This document shows, piece after piece, positions 54,087 through 63,654 of a stretch of DNA of 64,000 nucleotides; the stretch's first letter is position 1, and every line of letters starts with the position of its first letter. The position numbers and the translations under genes were made by a program. The notes beneath the pieces are model-generated. The model saw nothing but the letters and a program-made list of their open reading frames with translations. It was not told the DNA's origin and ran no database searches. Where the stretch lies: positions 124,001 to 188,000 of IMG/VR virus record IMGVR_UViG_3300025364_000003. The stretch is one strand, 5' to 3'.

Positions 54087-55304
54087 ATGTCCGGCAATGA
54101 AACTCGACAGAATATCCCAAGAGATCCAAGGAATCCTGAACCACATGTAGATTCTGGATATGAGGGTGACGATACCTCGGATACGTTTTTGATTCCGCCA
54201 GTTGGAATTGAAGATGCGGACATGACTCTGTTCAGACTTTTTGACAAAGATATTGGATTTACTGTTCGATTAGTAGAGACGGCAAACAAAGATATCCAGA
54301 TTAAAAAGCCTTTTGTAATTTTCGCTACTGGTGAACGATTTGTGCTTGCAAAGCGATTGCGTCCACCAAGAGATAGAAACGACAAATTGATGCTTCCGGC
54401 CATTTCTATCCGAAGAACATCTATTGAACAAACATCGCTGGACATTACTGGCAGAGGTATCAATCAGTTTACTGGCAATCTTGTCATTAAGCGACGTCTT
54501 GAAAAGGGAGACAGGGATTACCAAAACTTTATTAATAAGCTGGGGTTTAAAAACTTAAAAAATTCTTATTCTACCGAAAGAGAAACAGGCGAACTGAAAA
54601 ACGACGTTTCGGTGCAGCAAGGCGGGCTTTTAGAACAGAGAACCAGTTTGAATAACATGTGGGAAATTATCACAGTACCACAGCCACAGTTTTTTACTGC
54701 AACATACGAAGTAACTTTTTGGACTTCGTTTACCCAACACATGAATTATATGATAGAAACGTTTATCTCATCGTTTCTACCAAACGATAGAATACACAAG
54801 TTGGTAACCGACAAGGGTTACTGGTTTCTTGCTTACACGCAAGAACAGTTTGCGAATCAAGAAAATATTGATGATTTCACTGAAGATGAAAGAATTTTGA
54901 GGTACTCTTTCAATGTTCAGGTTAAAGGTTATATTTTCGCACCACAGCATCCAACTAATGCTGTTCCAGTGAGAAGATGGATTTCATCGCCAACGGTAGT
55001 TTTCGACGTAAGTTCATATTCTACCGAAGTGTTGGAGAAGGAACATCTAAATCGTCCACCGCAAAAAAACAAGGACAATCCGGAAAATTTCACATTGACA
55101 GACATTGAACTGGATCCCCAAACAAAACAGACTCCAACAACAAATGAAAGATTCGCTGTTCGAAAAGATATAATCGACCCGATCACAGGAAAGAGGAAGC
55201 GTCGTTACGTATCTATTTTAGAGTCCAATGAAAAAAAGGGAGAGACAGTTTACAGGGCATCCGACGTTGAAACATTGGAAGAGTTTATCAAGACACTCAA
55301 ATAA
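54087..55304 (+). CDS. tail terminator / sheath stabiliser (T4 gp15-like)
   Basis: ATGERF, LPAISIRR, P.P.F....YEV..W....HMN..IE motifs; immediately before sheath; start likely ATG 54087 after TATTTA. Confidence 0.6.
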   Translation: MSGNETRQNIPRDPRNPEPHVDSGYEGDDTSDTFLIPPVGIEDADMTLFRLFDKDIGFTVRLVETANKDIQIKKPFVIFATGERFVLAKRLRPPRDRNDKLMLPAISIRRTSIEQTSLDITGRGINQFTGNLVIKRRLEKGDRDYQNFINKLGFKNLKNSYSTERETGELKNDVSVQQGGLLEQRTSLNNMWEIITVPQPQFFTATYEVTFWTSFTQHMNYMIETFISSFLPNDRIHKLVTDKGYWFLAYTQEQFANQENIDDFTEDERILRYSFNVQVKGYIFAPQHPTNAVPVRRWISSPTVVFDVSSYSTEVLEKEHLNRPPQKNKDNPENFTLTDIELDPQTKQTPTTNERFAVRKDIIDPITGKRKRRYVSILESNEKKGETVYRASDVETLEEFIKTLK

Positions 55305-55385
55305 GAAGATTTCTCCTCAGGTGGTGTCTAATTAGTTAGGAGTATACTGACAAATTGCCTCAGGTAATGGTAAAAGGAACGGAAC

Positions 55386-58300
55386 ATGGTTAGCCAAATT
55401 TTTAACTTTCCAGGCTTCTTCGATAGAGAAATCGATCTAACAGCCCAGATTCAGGAGCCAGTAGGCGTTCCAGCTGGTGTAATTGGTGGTGCCGAACGTG
55501 GTCCGGCATTCGTCCCATTCACTGTTGGATCATTTGCTGATTTCCGAACTCGCTTCGGCGATCTAAATCCAAGATATGCTGCGCCATACGCAGTCGATAG
55601 ATTCCTGGAAAACAGGACAGCACTTACCTTCATCAGAATTCTTGGTGCGGGTGCCAATGAGACGTCAAGTGATATCGAGACAACTCGTTTGCAAGGAACA
55701 GTCAAAAATGCTGGATTCCGTCTAAGTGGAACTCTCAGTTCCGTTAACCCAGCTACTACTAATGGTGCTGTTCAATTCCTCGTCGCTCGCCACGTTGTTA
55801 CTGCTTCAGAAGCACTCGGAATGCCGATGTTTTCTGACAATAATTCACTTCTTACCTCGGGTTCGAACGACGAGGTTTACCTTACTCGTGGTGTTATTTT
55901 CGCTGCGTCAGGTACTCGAATTCAAATTCTAAATGGAGATGACAGCAACGAGCAGTACAGCAGCTTTGTTGATGACGTTGCAACTGTAAACTCTGCAAGC
56001 AGAGAATTCAAAATTGTTATTTCTTCATCGGCTGGTGCGTCGTTTGGCAATGACGACGGATTCCCTGGCGTTAGAATTCTAACCGCTTCTCTGAATCCAA
56101 GTTCTGATAACTACTTTGCCAAGCTGATGAATACTGATCCAGAAAGGTTCAGCGACGAAAAACATGTGGTCTATGCTGATTATGCAGTCGATGCCGAACT
56201 CGCAAATGTTGGCACTGGAAGCGGCGATGTTGCTATTGCAAGCGGTAGCATTAACACTTCTTCTACTTCTGGCAACACCTCTCTTCCATTCCTAGAGGCG
56301 TTCGGTCGTTTTGACACCAGATTCACAACTCCAAAAACACCTTGGTTTATCTCGCAACCATATGGCAAAACTGAGTATGACCTCTTTTACATTGAAGCTG
56401 TTGATGATGGCGCATACGCAAATCAGCGTTTCAAGATTTCTATCACCAATCTTCTCAAGTCTTCAAATGTTCGTGATAAACACGGAACTTTCACACTTGT
56501 TGTAAGAACATTTGATGATACAGATGCCGAACCACAGATTCTTGAGCAGTTCAACAACCTTTCTCTTGATCCGGATTCGGACAACTACATTGCTAAGGTT
56601 ATTGGAGATAAGCGTGCTCGCTTCAACTTTGACGCTGAAGCTGAAGAAGATCGTCGCCTTCTCACCACTGGCAAGTTTGAAAACAGAAGCCGATACATTC
56701 GAGTATTTGTTTCTGACCAGGTAGCACAAAAGAAGATTCCTGAAGATGCTGTTCCATTCGGCTTCCGAGGAACTGCTCCATTGAGCACCAACTCACTTCT
56801 TTCTGATACTGCTGGGTCGGCGGCCCTAGCAAGACTTGCTTTGTCGGGTGCAACTGATCCACGTCTTGCGTGGTCTATAGTACCTCCTCTTCCATACCGT
56901 TATAAGGTAACAAGAGGAAATGCAGCAACCAATCCGGGTTTCGAAGGTGCTCCAGGAGCAACCGAATTAACTGATGCACGTTATTTTTGGGGGGTCAAGA
57001 CTTCTAGAAACACCAACGCACTGAATCCAAACATTGTCAATCTTCCAAACCAGTTGGTCAACAGCTACACTAAGTTTGCAGGTATTGAAAAACTTGATGT
57101 ACTTGTTACAGGTTCAGCTAAAGATGATTTCAACAACAATAAGTTTACGCTTGCTCGTGTTGCGCTAGGAAATGCATCACTCAATGATGTTACATCATCA
57201 GCCGCAATCCACATGAAAGAAGCTGCTTATCTTCGTAACAGAACGCCAGATGGGTTCGAATACAAGATAACTGATGAAATTTCTGGTCTGGATAGAATTA
57301 CATTTGCCACCCTTTACCAAAAGGGCACGTCTGCTGCCGACTTCAACAAGTTCACCAACTTTGCAAAGTTTACCTCTATTCTATATGGTGGTTTCGATGG
57401 CGTCAACATTCTTGATAAGAATGCAGCTACATTTAATGACCGTTCCACTTCAACAGAAACTGCTGGAAGCGAGGTTGGAAATGCAGCATCTACTTTCACT
57501 TCACCTGGACTTAACGAGAACGTAAACGGATTTGGTACTTCAAACCAGACTGTTTTCGCTTATCGAAGAGCTTCAGAGATTATCACTGATGCAATCGCAT
57601 CTAACATCAATCTGCTTACTATTCCAGGTCAGCGTGATCCGTTGGTCACAGACTTTGCTGCTGATGAAGTTCGTGACTTTGGTCTTGCTTTCTATGCCAT
57701 GGATTTACCAGCATATGACTCTGATGGTAACAGAATTTGGGACAATCAAACTTCAAGATTTATCGACATCGAACAGACTGCAAATAACTTTGAGCAGCGT
57801 GCTCTTGACAATGAGTTTGCAGGTGCTTACTTCCCAGATTTCGTACTTGAGGATGATGTAAACAGGCGCAGAGTAACCGTTCCAGCTTCTGTTGGAGCAC
57901 TTGCAGCACTTGGATTCAATGACCGTGTTGCTTATCCTTGGTTCGCACCAGCAGGCTTCAACAGAGCAGCTCTTGATTTTGTACAGCTTACAAAGACAAG
58001 AATTAAGCAACCAGAACGTGAACGTCTTTTTGACATTCACATTAACCCAATCGTCAAATTCCCTGGCGAATCTGGTTTCGTAATCTTCGCACAAAACACG
58101 CTTGAACAAGCCGAGTCTGCGCTCGGCAGTATCAATGTTGTTCGAATGTTGAATGAACTCAAGCGCAGGATAATCGAGATTGGCAACCGAGCAATCTTCG
58201 AACAGATTACTCCGGAAATTTACACTGAACTTGATAGGAGATTCCGCAGCGTTCTTAACCTCATTTCGGCTCGTGCTGGTATTGAGAGATTTGATGTCAT

Positions 58301-58445
58301 CGTTGATGGCAGAAACAATACAAACCTTGATCGTGAGAACAATAGAGTCAATGCTCGAATTGTGCTCGTTCCAACGAGGGCGGTTGAGTTCATTGCAATT
58401 GACTTCATCATTACTAGAAGCGGCGTGTCGTTCGATGCCGTATAA
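55386..58445 (+). CDS. tail sheath protein 1 (T4 gp18-like)
   Basis: PGF..REIDL, AGVIG.AERGPAFVP, GGFDG, YFP, PWFAPAGFNR, INPIV.F, INV.R, P.RAVEFI.IDF. Confidence 0.93.
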   Translation: MVSQIFNFPGFFDREIDLTAQIQEPVGVPAGVIGGAERGPAFVPFTVGSFADFRTRFGDLNPRYAAPYAVDRFLENRTALTFIRILGAGANETSSDIETTRLQGTVKNAGFRLSGTLSSVNPATTNGAVQFLVARHVVTASEALGMPMFSDNNSLLTSGSNDEVYLTRGVIFAASGTRIQILNGDDSNEQYSSFVDDVATVNSASREFKIVISSSAGASFGNDDGFPGVRILTASLNPSSDNYFAKLMNTDPERFSDEKHVVYADYAVDAELANVGTGSGDVAIASGSINTSSTSGNTSLPFLEAFGRFDTRFTTPKTPWFISQPYGKTEYDLFYIEAVDDGAYANQRFKISITNLLKSSNVRDKHGTFTLVVRTFDDTDAEPQILEQFNNLSLDPDSDNYIAKVIGDKRARFNFDAEAEEDRRLLTTGKFENRSRYIRVFVSDQVAQKKIPEDAVPFGFRGTAPLSTNSLLSDTAGSAALARLALSGATDPRLAWSIVPPLPYRYKVTRGNAATNPGFEGAPGATELTDARYFWGVKTSRNTNALNPNIVNLPNQLVNSYTKFAGIEKLDVLVTGSAKDDFNNNKFTLARVALGNASLNDVTSSAAIHMKEAAYLRNRTPDGFEYKITDEISGLDRITFATLYQKGTSAADFNKFTNFAKFTSILYGGFDGVNILDKNAATFNDRSTSTETAGSEVGNAASTFTSPGLNENVNGFGTSNQTVFAYRRASEIITDAIASNINLLTIPGQRDPLVTDFAADEVRDFGLAFYAMDLPAYDSDGNRIWDNQTSRFIDIEQTANNFEQRALDNEFAGAYFPDFVLEDDVNRRRVTVPASVGALAALGFNDRVAYPWFAPAGFNRAALDFVQLTKTRIKQPERERLFDIHINPIVKFPGESGFVIFAQNTLEQAESALGSINVVRMLNELKRRIIEIGNRAIFEQITPEIYTELDRRFRSVLNLISARAGIERFDVIVDGRNNTNLDRENNRVNARIVLVPTRAVEFIAIDFIITRSGVSFDAV

Positions 58446-58501
58446 GATGAGCCAGGCAAATAGTTACATAGAAAGATTAGTCGACTAATCGGAGAGAATT
58501 C

Positions 58502-61500
58502 ATGACTCAAATTAATTTCAAAAGTGCAGGAGTTTCAGCCAGGGTTATCAACCTTACTGGCCCAACAGCAATTCAACCTGTTGGAATCCCAGCTGGTGTG
58601 ATCGGAACTGCTGTAAAGGGACCTGCATTTGTTCCTGTAACTTTTGCAACAACGCAGGACTTTACGGTTGTATTCGGACTTCCAGAAGACAACAAGGCAA
58701 ATGGACCACTTGCTGTGGGCGAGTGGCTTCGTAATAGACAAGCAGCAACTTACCTTAGGGTTCTTGGTGCTGGTCAAGCCAAGAGAAGAGAACAATCTGG
58801 AGAGAATCAGGGTAAAGTTCAGGGTGCAGGTTTTGTTGTTGGTGACGAACAGCCACAAGCTGGTGGAGCATTGGATAACAACATGTACGCCAATGAAGGG
58901 GGACCTCTAGGGCGTTTGTATTTCCTAAACACCTTTATGTCAGAAGCAAACGGTTCGGGTTTTCTTACTGACGCTGGTCTCCCTGGTGAGGGAACGCCAA
59001 TCGTTAGGGCAGTTCTTTTAGCTGCTTCCGGTGTTATCATCACCCTTTCTTCGTCACTTTCTGCATCGACAATGGTTCCAGGAGCAGCTCCAGCGTCAAA
59101 CCTTGTTGCCACAGAAGAAAATAAGAGCGGTTCATTCCTAGGCTCCGTCAACCTCTCCGGCGGCAGACAGGAATTTGTGATGTTCTTGAATGGTCACAAG
59201 GGAACTGATCCTCTATTTCCCAATGTCATTACTGCATCTTTTGATGTTGACGCACCAAATTACCTTGGCAGTGCCCTTAACACCGATCCTTTCAACCTTG
59301 AAAAGGCAGGTTACTTGCTTTATGCCGATTACTCGGTTCATCCAAACCTTGCAACCGTTACTGGTTCTTCTGTGGTCGATACCACTACTGATGAAGTTGT
59401 AGGTGGAGGTTTGGCAGCTGGATTTGAACCAATCGCATTCTTGGCAACTGGTTCATTGTCTCGAAACTCCGGCTCAACCGTAGTACCAAGTTATGAAAAC
59501 TGGGAAGATAGATACACTACGCCAAAATCACCTTGGATTGTTTCACAGAGGCTTGGCGGCAAGCCAAGAAATCTCTTCAGAATTCATCTTTTGGATGACG
59601 GTGCTTGGGGCAACGATCAGGTCAAATGGTCTGTTGAAAACATTGTTCCGGCAATCAATGATGTAAACCCTTATGGAACTTTCGACCTTCTCATCCGTCG
59701 TTTCAACGACATCGATAAGAAACGTGAGGCAACTGAGGCTTGGAGAGGGCTTTCACTCAATCCAAGCTCCGACAATTACATTGCTAGAGTGATTGGTGAC
59801 CTCAACACCTTCTACAACTTTGATGCTGCCGAAGGTAACCAGAAGATTCAAACTACTGGCGAGTATCCAAACCAGTCCAAGGTTATCAGAGTAGAAGTCT
59901 CGCCAGACGTTGAAAACGTTGAGTTGGATGCTTCGGCTCTTCCGCTTGGTTTCAGAGGAATTCCACACTTGGTAACCTCGGGAACTGCACCATTGGCTCC
60001 ATTAGGCGAAGCACTTGCAGACAGCGTTCTTATTACTGGCTCTTCTGATCCAGCTCACAATGTCGTACAGATGCCAGTTCAGTTCCGCAGAAGCCTTAAC
60101 CTTGGTTCGGTTACCAGCCGTCGTGTAGACAAGGGCCTCTATTGGGGTATTCAGTTTACTCGTCAGCTTTCAGTTGAAGAGCCAAACTCAACAACCGAGC
60201 CAGAAAGAACTATTGCCAACTTCACCAAGTTCTTCCCTAAGCATCAGACTGATTGGTTGAATGTTGTCGTCAGCGACAATGAAGGAGTGGCAGATGCGGC
60301 AGAAACCGGTATTCTTGATGCGGATAGGTTCAATAACAACCTATTCTCTCTTGAGAACATCAGGATCGTAAGAGATCCGATCACGAATCTTGCTGACACT
60401 ACCCAGCTTGTAAGTTGGAGTTATGTAAGAGCCGGAAACGTAGCTACCTCTGGTTCGGTTAGAGCATTGACAGCTGACGATTTGTCGGATTCATCTGTAA
60501 GGCAGGTTGCTAAGTTCAGCGGAATTATCCAGGGCGGATTTGATGGTGTTAGAATCTTTGATGAAGACACTGCCAATCTTACCAACCTCGCAATTATCGA
60601 AGAAATGGACAACACAAACAGGGGAGTGTCGAATGGTCCTACCGTAAAGGCTTATGATACCGCTTTGGATATCATTGCCGACGACACCGAAACTGATATC
60701 CAACTTCTTACCATCCCAGGAATTAGACATCCACAGATCACCGATGACGCTCTACAGCTTATCGAGGAAAGATTTGATGCAATGTACATCATGGATCTTC
60801 CAGAGTATGACACCACAAATCAACTCGTTACTGCTTCCTCACAGGATTTGAGCGTTAGATTTACCGCAAATCAGCACCGTGATCGAGGTTTGAACACTTC
60901 CTTCGGAGCAGCTTACTTCCCAGACGTAATCTTGAGGGATACACTCAACAACACTATTCGACAGGTTCCGCCTTCGGTTGCTGTTCTTGGTGCATTCGGT
61001 CTCAATGATGCAGTCGGATTCCCATGGTTTGCCCCAGCAGGTTTTGCACGTGGCGCCCTACAGACAACTGAAGAATCTACGCTTCCATTGTCCCGTGACA
61101 ACATGGATGCGCTTCAAGATGTCAAGATTAACCCACTTGTATCCTTTGCAGGATCGGATGGTGTTGTAGTCTGGGGTCAGCGTACTCTACTTGCTCGTGA
61201 TTCTGCACTTGAGAGAGTCAATGTACGTAGACTTCTCATTCAACTTAGAAGAGATGTTCGCCGTGTTGCTCGACGCTTCGTATTCGAACCTGGTCGTGCC
61301 GAAACGCTTGCAAGATTTTCTCAGTTGGTAAACCCAATCTTGAAGAGGGTGCAGGACCAGAGAGGCGTGGAGAGATTCCTTGTAAGAATTGACACCACAA
61401 CTACTACACAAGCCGACATTGAAAACAGAACGGTTCGTGGAAAGATTTTCCTTGTTCCAACCAGAACTTTGGAATTCTTGTCCATCGACTTCGTCGTTAC

Positions 61501-61531
61501 CAATCAAGGCAATTTCGTTTCATCGCAATAA
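58502..61531 (+). CDS. tail sheath protein 2
   Basis: SAGV, AGVIGTA.KGPAFVP, PWFAPAGFARG, INP, VWGQRTL, RVNVRRL, PTRTLEFL.IDF. Confidence 0.93.
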   Translation: MTQINFKSAGVSARVINLTGPTAIQPVGIPAGVIGTAVKGPAFVPVTFATTQDFTVVFGLPEDNKANGPLAVGEWLRNRQAATYLRVLGAGQAKRREQSGENQGKVQGAGFVVGDEQPQAGGALDNNMYANEGGPLGRLYFLNTFMSEANGSGFLTDAGLPGEGTPIVRAVLLAASGVIITLSSSLSASTMVPGAAPASNLVATEENKSGSFLGSVNLSGGRQEFVMFLNGHKGTDPLFPNVITASFDVDAPNYLGSALNTDPFNLEKAGYLLYADYSVHPNLATVTGSSVVDTTTDEVVGGGLAAGFEPIAFLATGSLSRNSGSTVVPSYENWEDRYTTPKSPWIVSQRLGGKPRNLFRIHLLDDGAWGNDQVKWSVENIVPAINDVNPYGTFDLLIRRFNDIDKKREATEAWRGLSLNPSSDNYIARVIGDLNTFYNFDAAEGNQKIQTTGEYPNQSKVIRVEVSPDVENVELDASALPLGFRGIPHLVTSGTAPLAPLGEALADSVLITGSSDPAHNVVQMPVQFRRSLNLGSVTSRRVDKGLYWGIQFTRQLSVEEPNSTTEPERTIANFTKFFPKHQTDWLNVVVSDNEGVADAAETGILDADRFNNNLFSLENIRIVRDPITNLADTTQLVSWSYVRAGNVATSGSVRALTADDLSDSSVRQVAKFSGIIQGGFDGVRIFDEDTANLTNLAIIEEMDNTNRGVSNGPTVKAYDTALDIIADDTETDIQLLTIPGIRHPQITDDALQLIEERFDAMYIMDLPEYDTTNQLVTASSQDLSVRFTANQHRDRGLNTSFGAAYFPDVILRDTLNNTIRQVPPSVAVLGAFGLNDAVGFPWFAPAGFARGALQTTEESTLPLSRDNMDALQDVKINPLVSFAGSDGVVVWGQRTLLARDSALERVNVRRLLIQLRRDVRRVARRFVFEPGRAETLARFSQLVNPILKRVQDQRGVERFLVRIDTTTTTQADIENRTVRGKIFLVPTRTLEFLSIDFVVTNQGNFVSSQ

Positions 61532-61563
61532 TTGAATAAATTTCCCCATAAGAGAGGTAAATA

Positions 61564-61668
61564 ATGAAGGGTCTACTCCACCGTTTAATAAATCTTTTCA
61601 ACTCTGAGCACTGTTGCTGCTGTTGTGGCTGCTGTCAGTGCCGGAACTGCAAGGGCAGCTGTAAGTGA
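61564..61668 (+). CDS. 34-aa Cys-rich peptide (metallothionein-like), missing from ORF track
   Basis: MKGLLHRLINLFNSEHCCCCCGCCQCRNCKGSCK*; GAGAGG RBS; stop overlaps next GTG (GTGA). Confidence 0.65.
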   Translation: MKGLLHRLINLFNSEHCCCCCGCCQCRNCKGSCK

Positions 61669-62519
61669 ATGATAGGGATAGAATACAAGGATTCATTTCT
61701 GACTTAGTCAAAGAAGAATTGACTGAGGTATCTCCTGTATTTTATCCCACAATCAAAAAGGGAATAGAAGCTGGCCGTGAGGCTTCTCGTAGACAGGCTT
61801 CGGCCTACAGGGGAAGGCACGGCCAAACCTTTTCTGATGAACTTGCTCAAATACGTCGAGATTCCAAGCGTAAAAGGGATAGGCATCATAAGATGCTGTC
61901 GCTTTCCAAGCATCTGAAAAAAGTTTTCGGAAATAATGCATATGGTGGCTCTGCACTTGCCACTGTAGAAATTTCTAACGATTTTAAAGCTGATGTTAAA
62001 GCTGAATTTGTGAGCGTTATGGGAATTGATAATGTCAAGTTTGTAGTTTCAATAAAGAAAAACGGCAAAGAAATTCTTACCAAAGAATTTGTTGCTGGAT
62101 TAGGGGCAAAACAAAGTGTAGCAAGGTTCATTAAGAAATTTCAGGAAAAATTGCAAGAGGATGCAGCAATGAAGGTTACGAAAGCGCAACTAAAAGAAAT
62201 GGTCCGCAAGATCATTAGAAAAAAATTAACAGAAATGGATCTTGGTGAAAAAAGTCGATCTACTACAGGGGCTGACAGGAGGATGAGTCCATCTCAACTT
62301 GAAAAGCATCTTGAAAAGGAAAGAGAAAGATCAAAACAAGCCAAGGTTGTTAAAAAACGACAAGCAATGAAGCAATCGGCTCGTGGTATGGAATTAGAGA
62401 GTCGCATAGATATTGATCGAGATGTTGACAACGAAGAAATGGTTGATGCTAAAGAAGAAGAATATCTTACCAAGCTCGAAAAGTTAATTCTTCAAAGTGA
62501 AAAGGAAGGGCTTTGCTAA
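61665..62519 (+). CDS. leader-bearing protein with two leader copies
   Basis: RIQGFISDLVKEELTE and internal MKVTKAQLKEMVRKIIRKKLTE. Confidence 0.7.
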   Translation: MNDRDRIQGFISDLVKEELTEVSPVFYPTIKKGIEAGREASRRQASAYRGRHGQTFSDELAQIRRDSKRKRDRHHKMLSLSKHLKKVFGNNAYGGSALATVEISNDFKADVKAEFVSVMGIDNVKFVVSIKKNGKEILTKEFVAGLGAKQSVARFIKKFQEKLQEDAAMKVTKAQLKEMVRKIIRKKLTEMDLGEKSRSTTGADRRMSPSQLEKHLEKERERSKQAKVVKKRQAMKQSARGMELESRIDIDRDVDNEEMVDAKEEEYLTKLEKLILQSEKEGLC

Positions 62520-62520
62520 A

Positions 62521-63078
62521 ATGACTACTATAAAACAAATAATTGAAGAAGCTGTCAAGGAAGCACTTGACCCAGTTGGGAAAACTGAAACGGGGAAAAA
62601 GGTAGGGGTCGGTCAAATTCGTGACATCGACAACGATGGTGATATTGATAGTTCTGATGCGTATCTTGCATATCGTCGAAAAAAAATTACACAGGCAATG
62701 AAAAAAGAAGATCGTGAACTCAATGAAAAAACAATGACTTGGGGTGATCTTCCATCGGAAGATGTTTTTGAAGATTTAATGGATGGCAAAGCTTTCAACA
62801 TGAAACTTCAGGGTGCCGACTCTCTTGCGTTTGAATATGCCATGACTCTATCTGATAATCCAGGAGCGGGAAGTACAGCATCTGCGGGCAGTCTTAGAGC
62901 TACCATAGAAGCCCTTATCAACGCTCCAGAGCCAGACGAACTTTCTGATGACCAATACGAAGAGGTTGAAAATGTTCTTGACGAATGGAACGACAGATAC
63001 GGGGATGTGAGCATTGAAGAAACTGCGTGGTCTTTGGCTTCTGGTATTATGGAAGTCCTTGGAATTGAATGGATTTGA
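62521..63078 (+). CDS. leader-bearing head-core-type protein
   Basis: Start likely MTTIKQIIEEAVKE; LDPVG...DIDNDGDIDSSDAYL..RRK.I..AM module seen in T4-like phage head proteins. Confidence 0.65.
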   Translation: MTTIKQIIEEAVKEALDPVGKTETGKKVGVGQIRDIDNDGDIDSSDAYLAYRRKKITQAMKKEDRELNEKTMTWGDLPSEDVFEDLMDGKAFNMKLQGADSLAFEYAMTLSDNPGAGSTASAGSLRATIEALINAPEPDELSDDQYEEVENVLDEWNDRYGDVSIEETAWSLASGIMEVLGIEWI

Positions 63079-63087
63079 TAGAGTAAA

Positions 63088-63582
63088 ATGCCAAAGAGTA
63101 AATATCCAAAAAGCGTACAAGATCTACCAGAAGACGACTACAGTCAGTGGACGGCAGTTTATCACAGTGCACGTGACGGGGGCGACAGCAAAGAAACCGC
63201 AGCAAAAAAAGCTTGGGGTGCTGTTAAGGAATCCGGCTTGCAAGAAAGTGGTGAAGATAATCCATGCTGGGATGGTTACGAAATGGTCGGTATGAAAACC
63301 CAAAACGGGAAAGAAGTACCTAACTGCGTTCCGAAAAATGAATCAAAAAAACCTGTACGTATTTCAAAAACGCAGCTTAAAGAAATGGTAAAGCGGGCCG
63401 TTAGAAATCAATTACAAGAGGCTTCCACTGTTCGAAAGCGTCAAATGATACTTGATCGGTTTAGAACCGAAGCAAACCTTTCAACTTATGAATTGCTAGA
63501 AGACGTCCTTGAATTCATTGATGAAAAGACTTGGCAGAAAGTATTGCAGGGCATTGGTAACAAATATGGTTATCGACTTTAA
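63088..63582 (+). CDS. ChaB-like domain + CWxGY...VPNCV module + internal leader
   Basis: P.SV..LP......W..VY.SA......ETA.K.AWGAVK (ChaB-like); NPCWDGYEMVGMK..NGKEVPNCVP; ISKTQLKEMVKRAVRNQLQE. Confidence 0.7.
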   Translation: MPKSKYPKSVQDLPEDDYSQWTAVYHSARDGGDSKETAAKKAWGAVKESGLQESGEDNPCWDGYEMVGMKTQNGKEVPNCVPKNESKKPVRISKTQLKEMVKRAVRNQLQEASTVRKRQMILDRFRTEANLSTYELLEDVLEFIDEKTWQKVLQGIGNKYGYRL

Positions 63583-63654
63583 CAGAATAAAACAAAGACA
63601 TAATAAATGAGCAGAATAATTTACCTATAGAGCCTTTATACGGGAACAGGTAAA

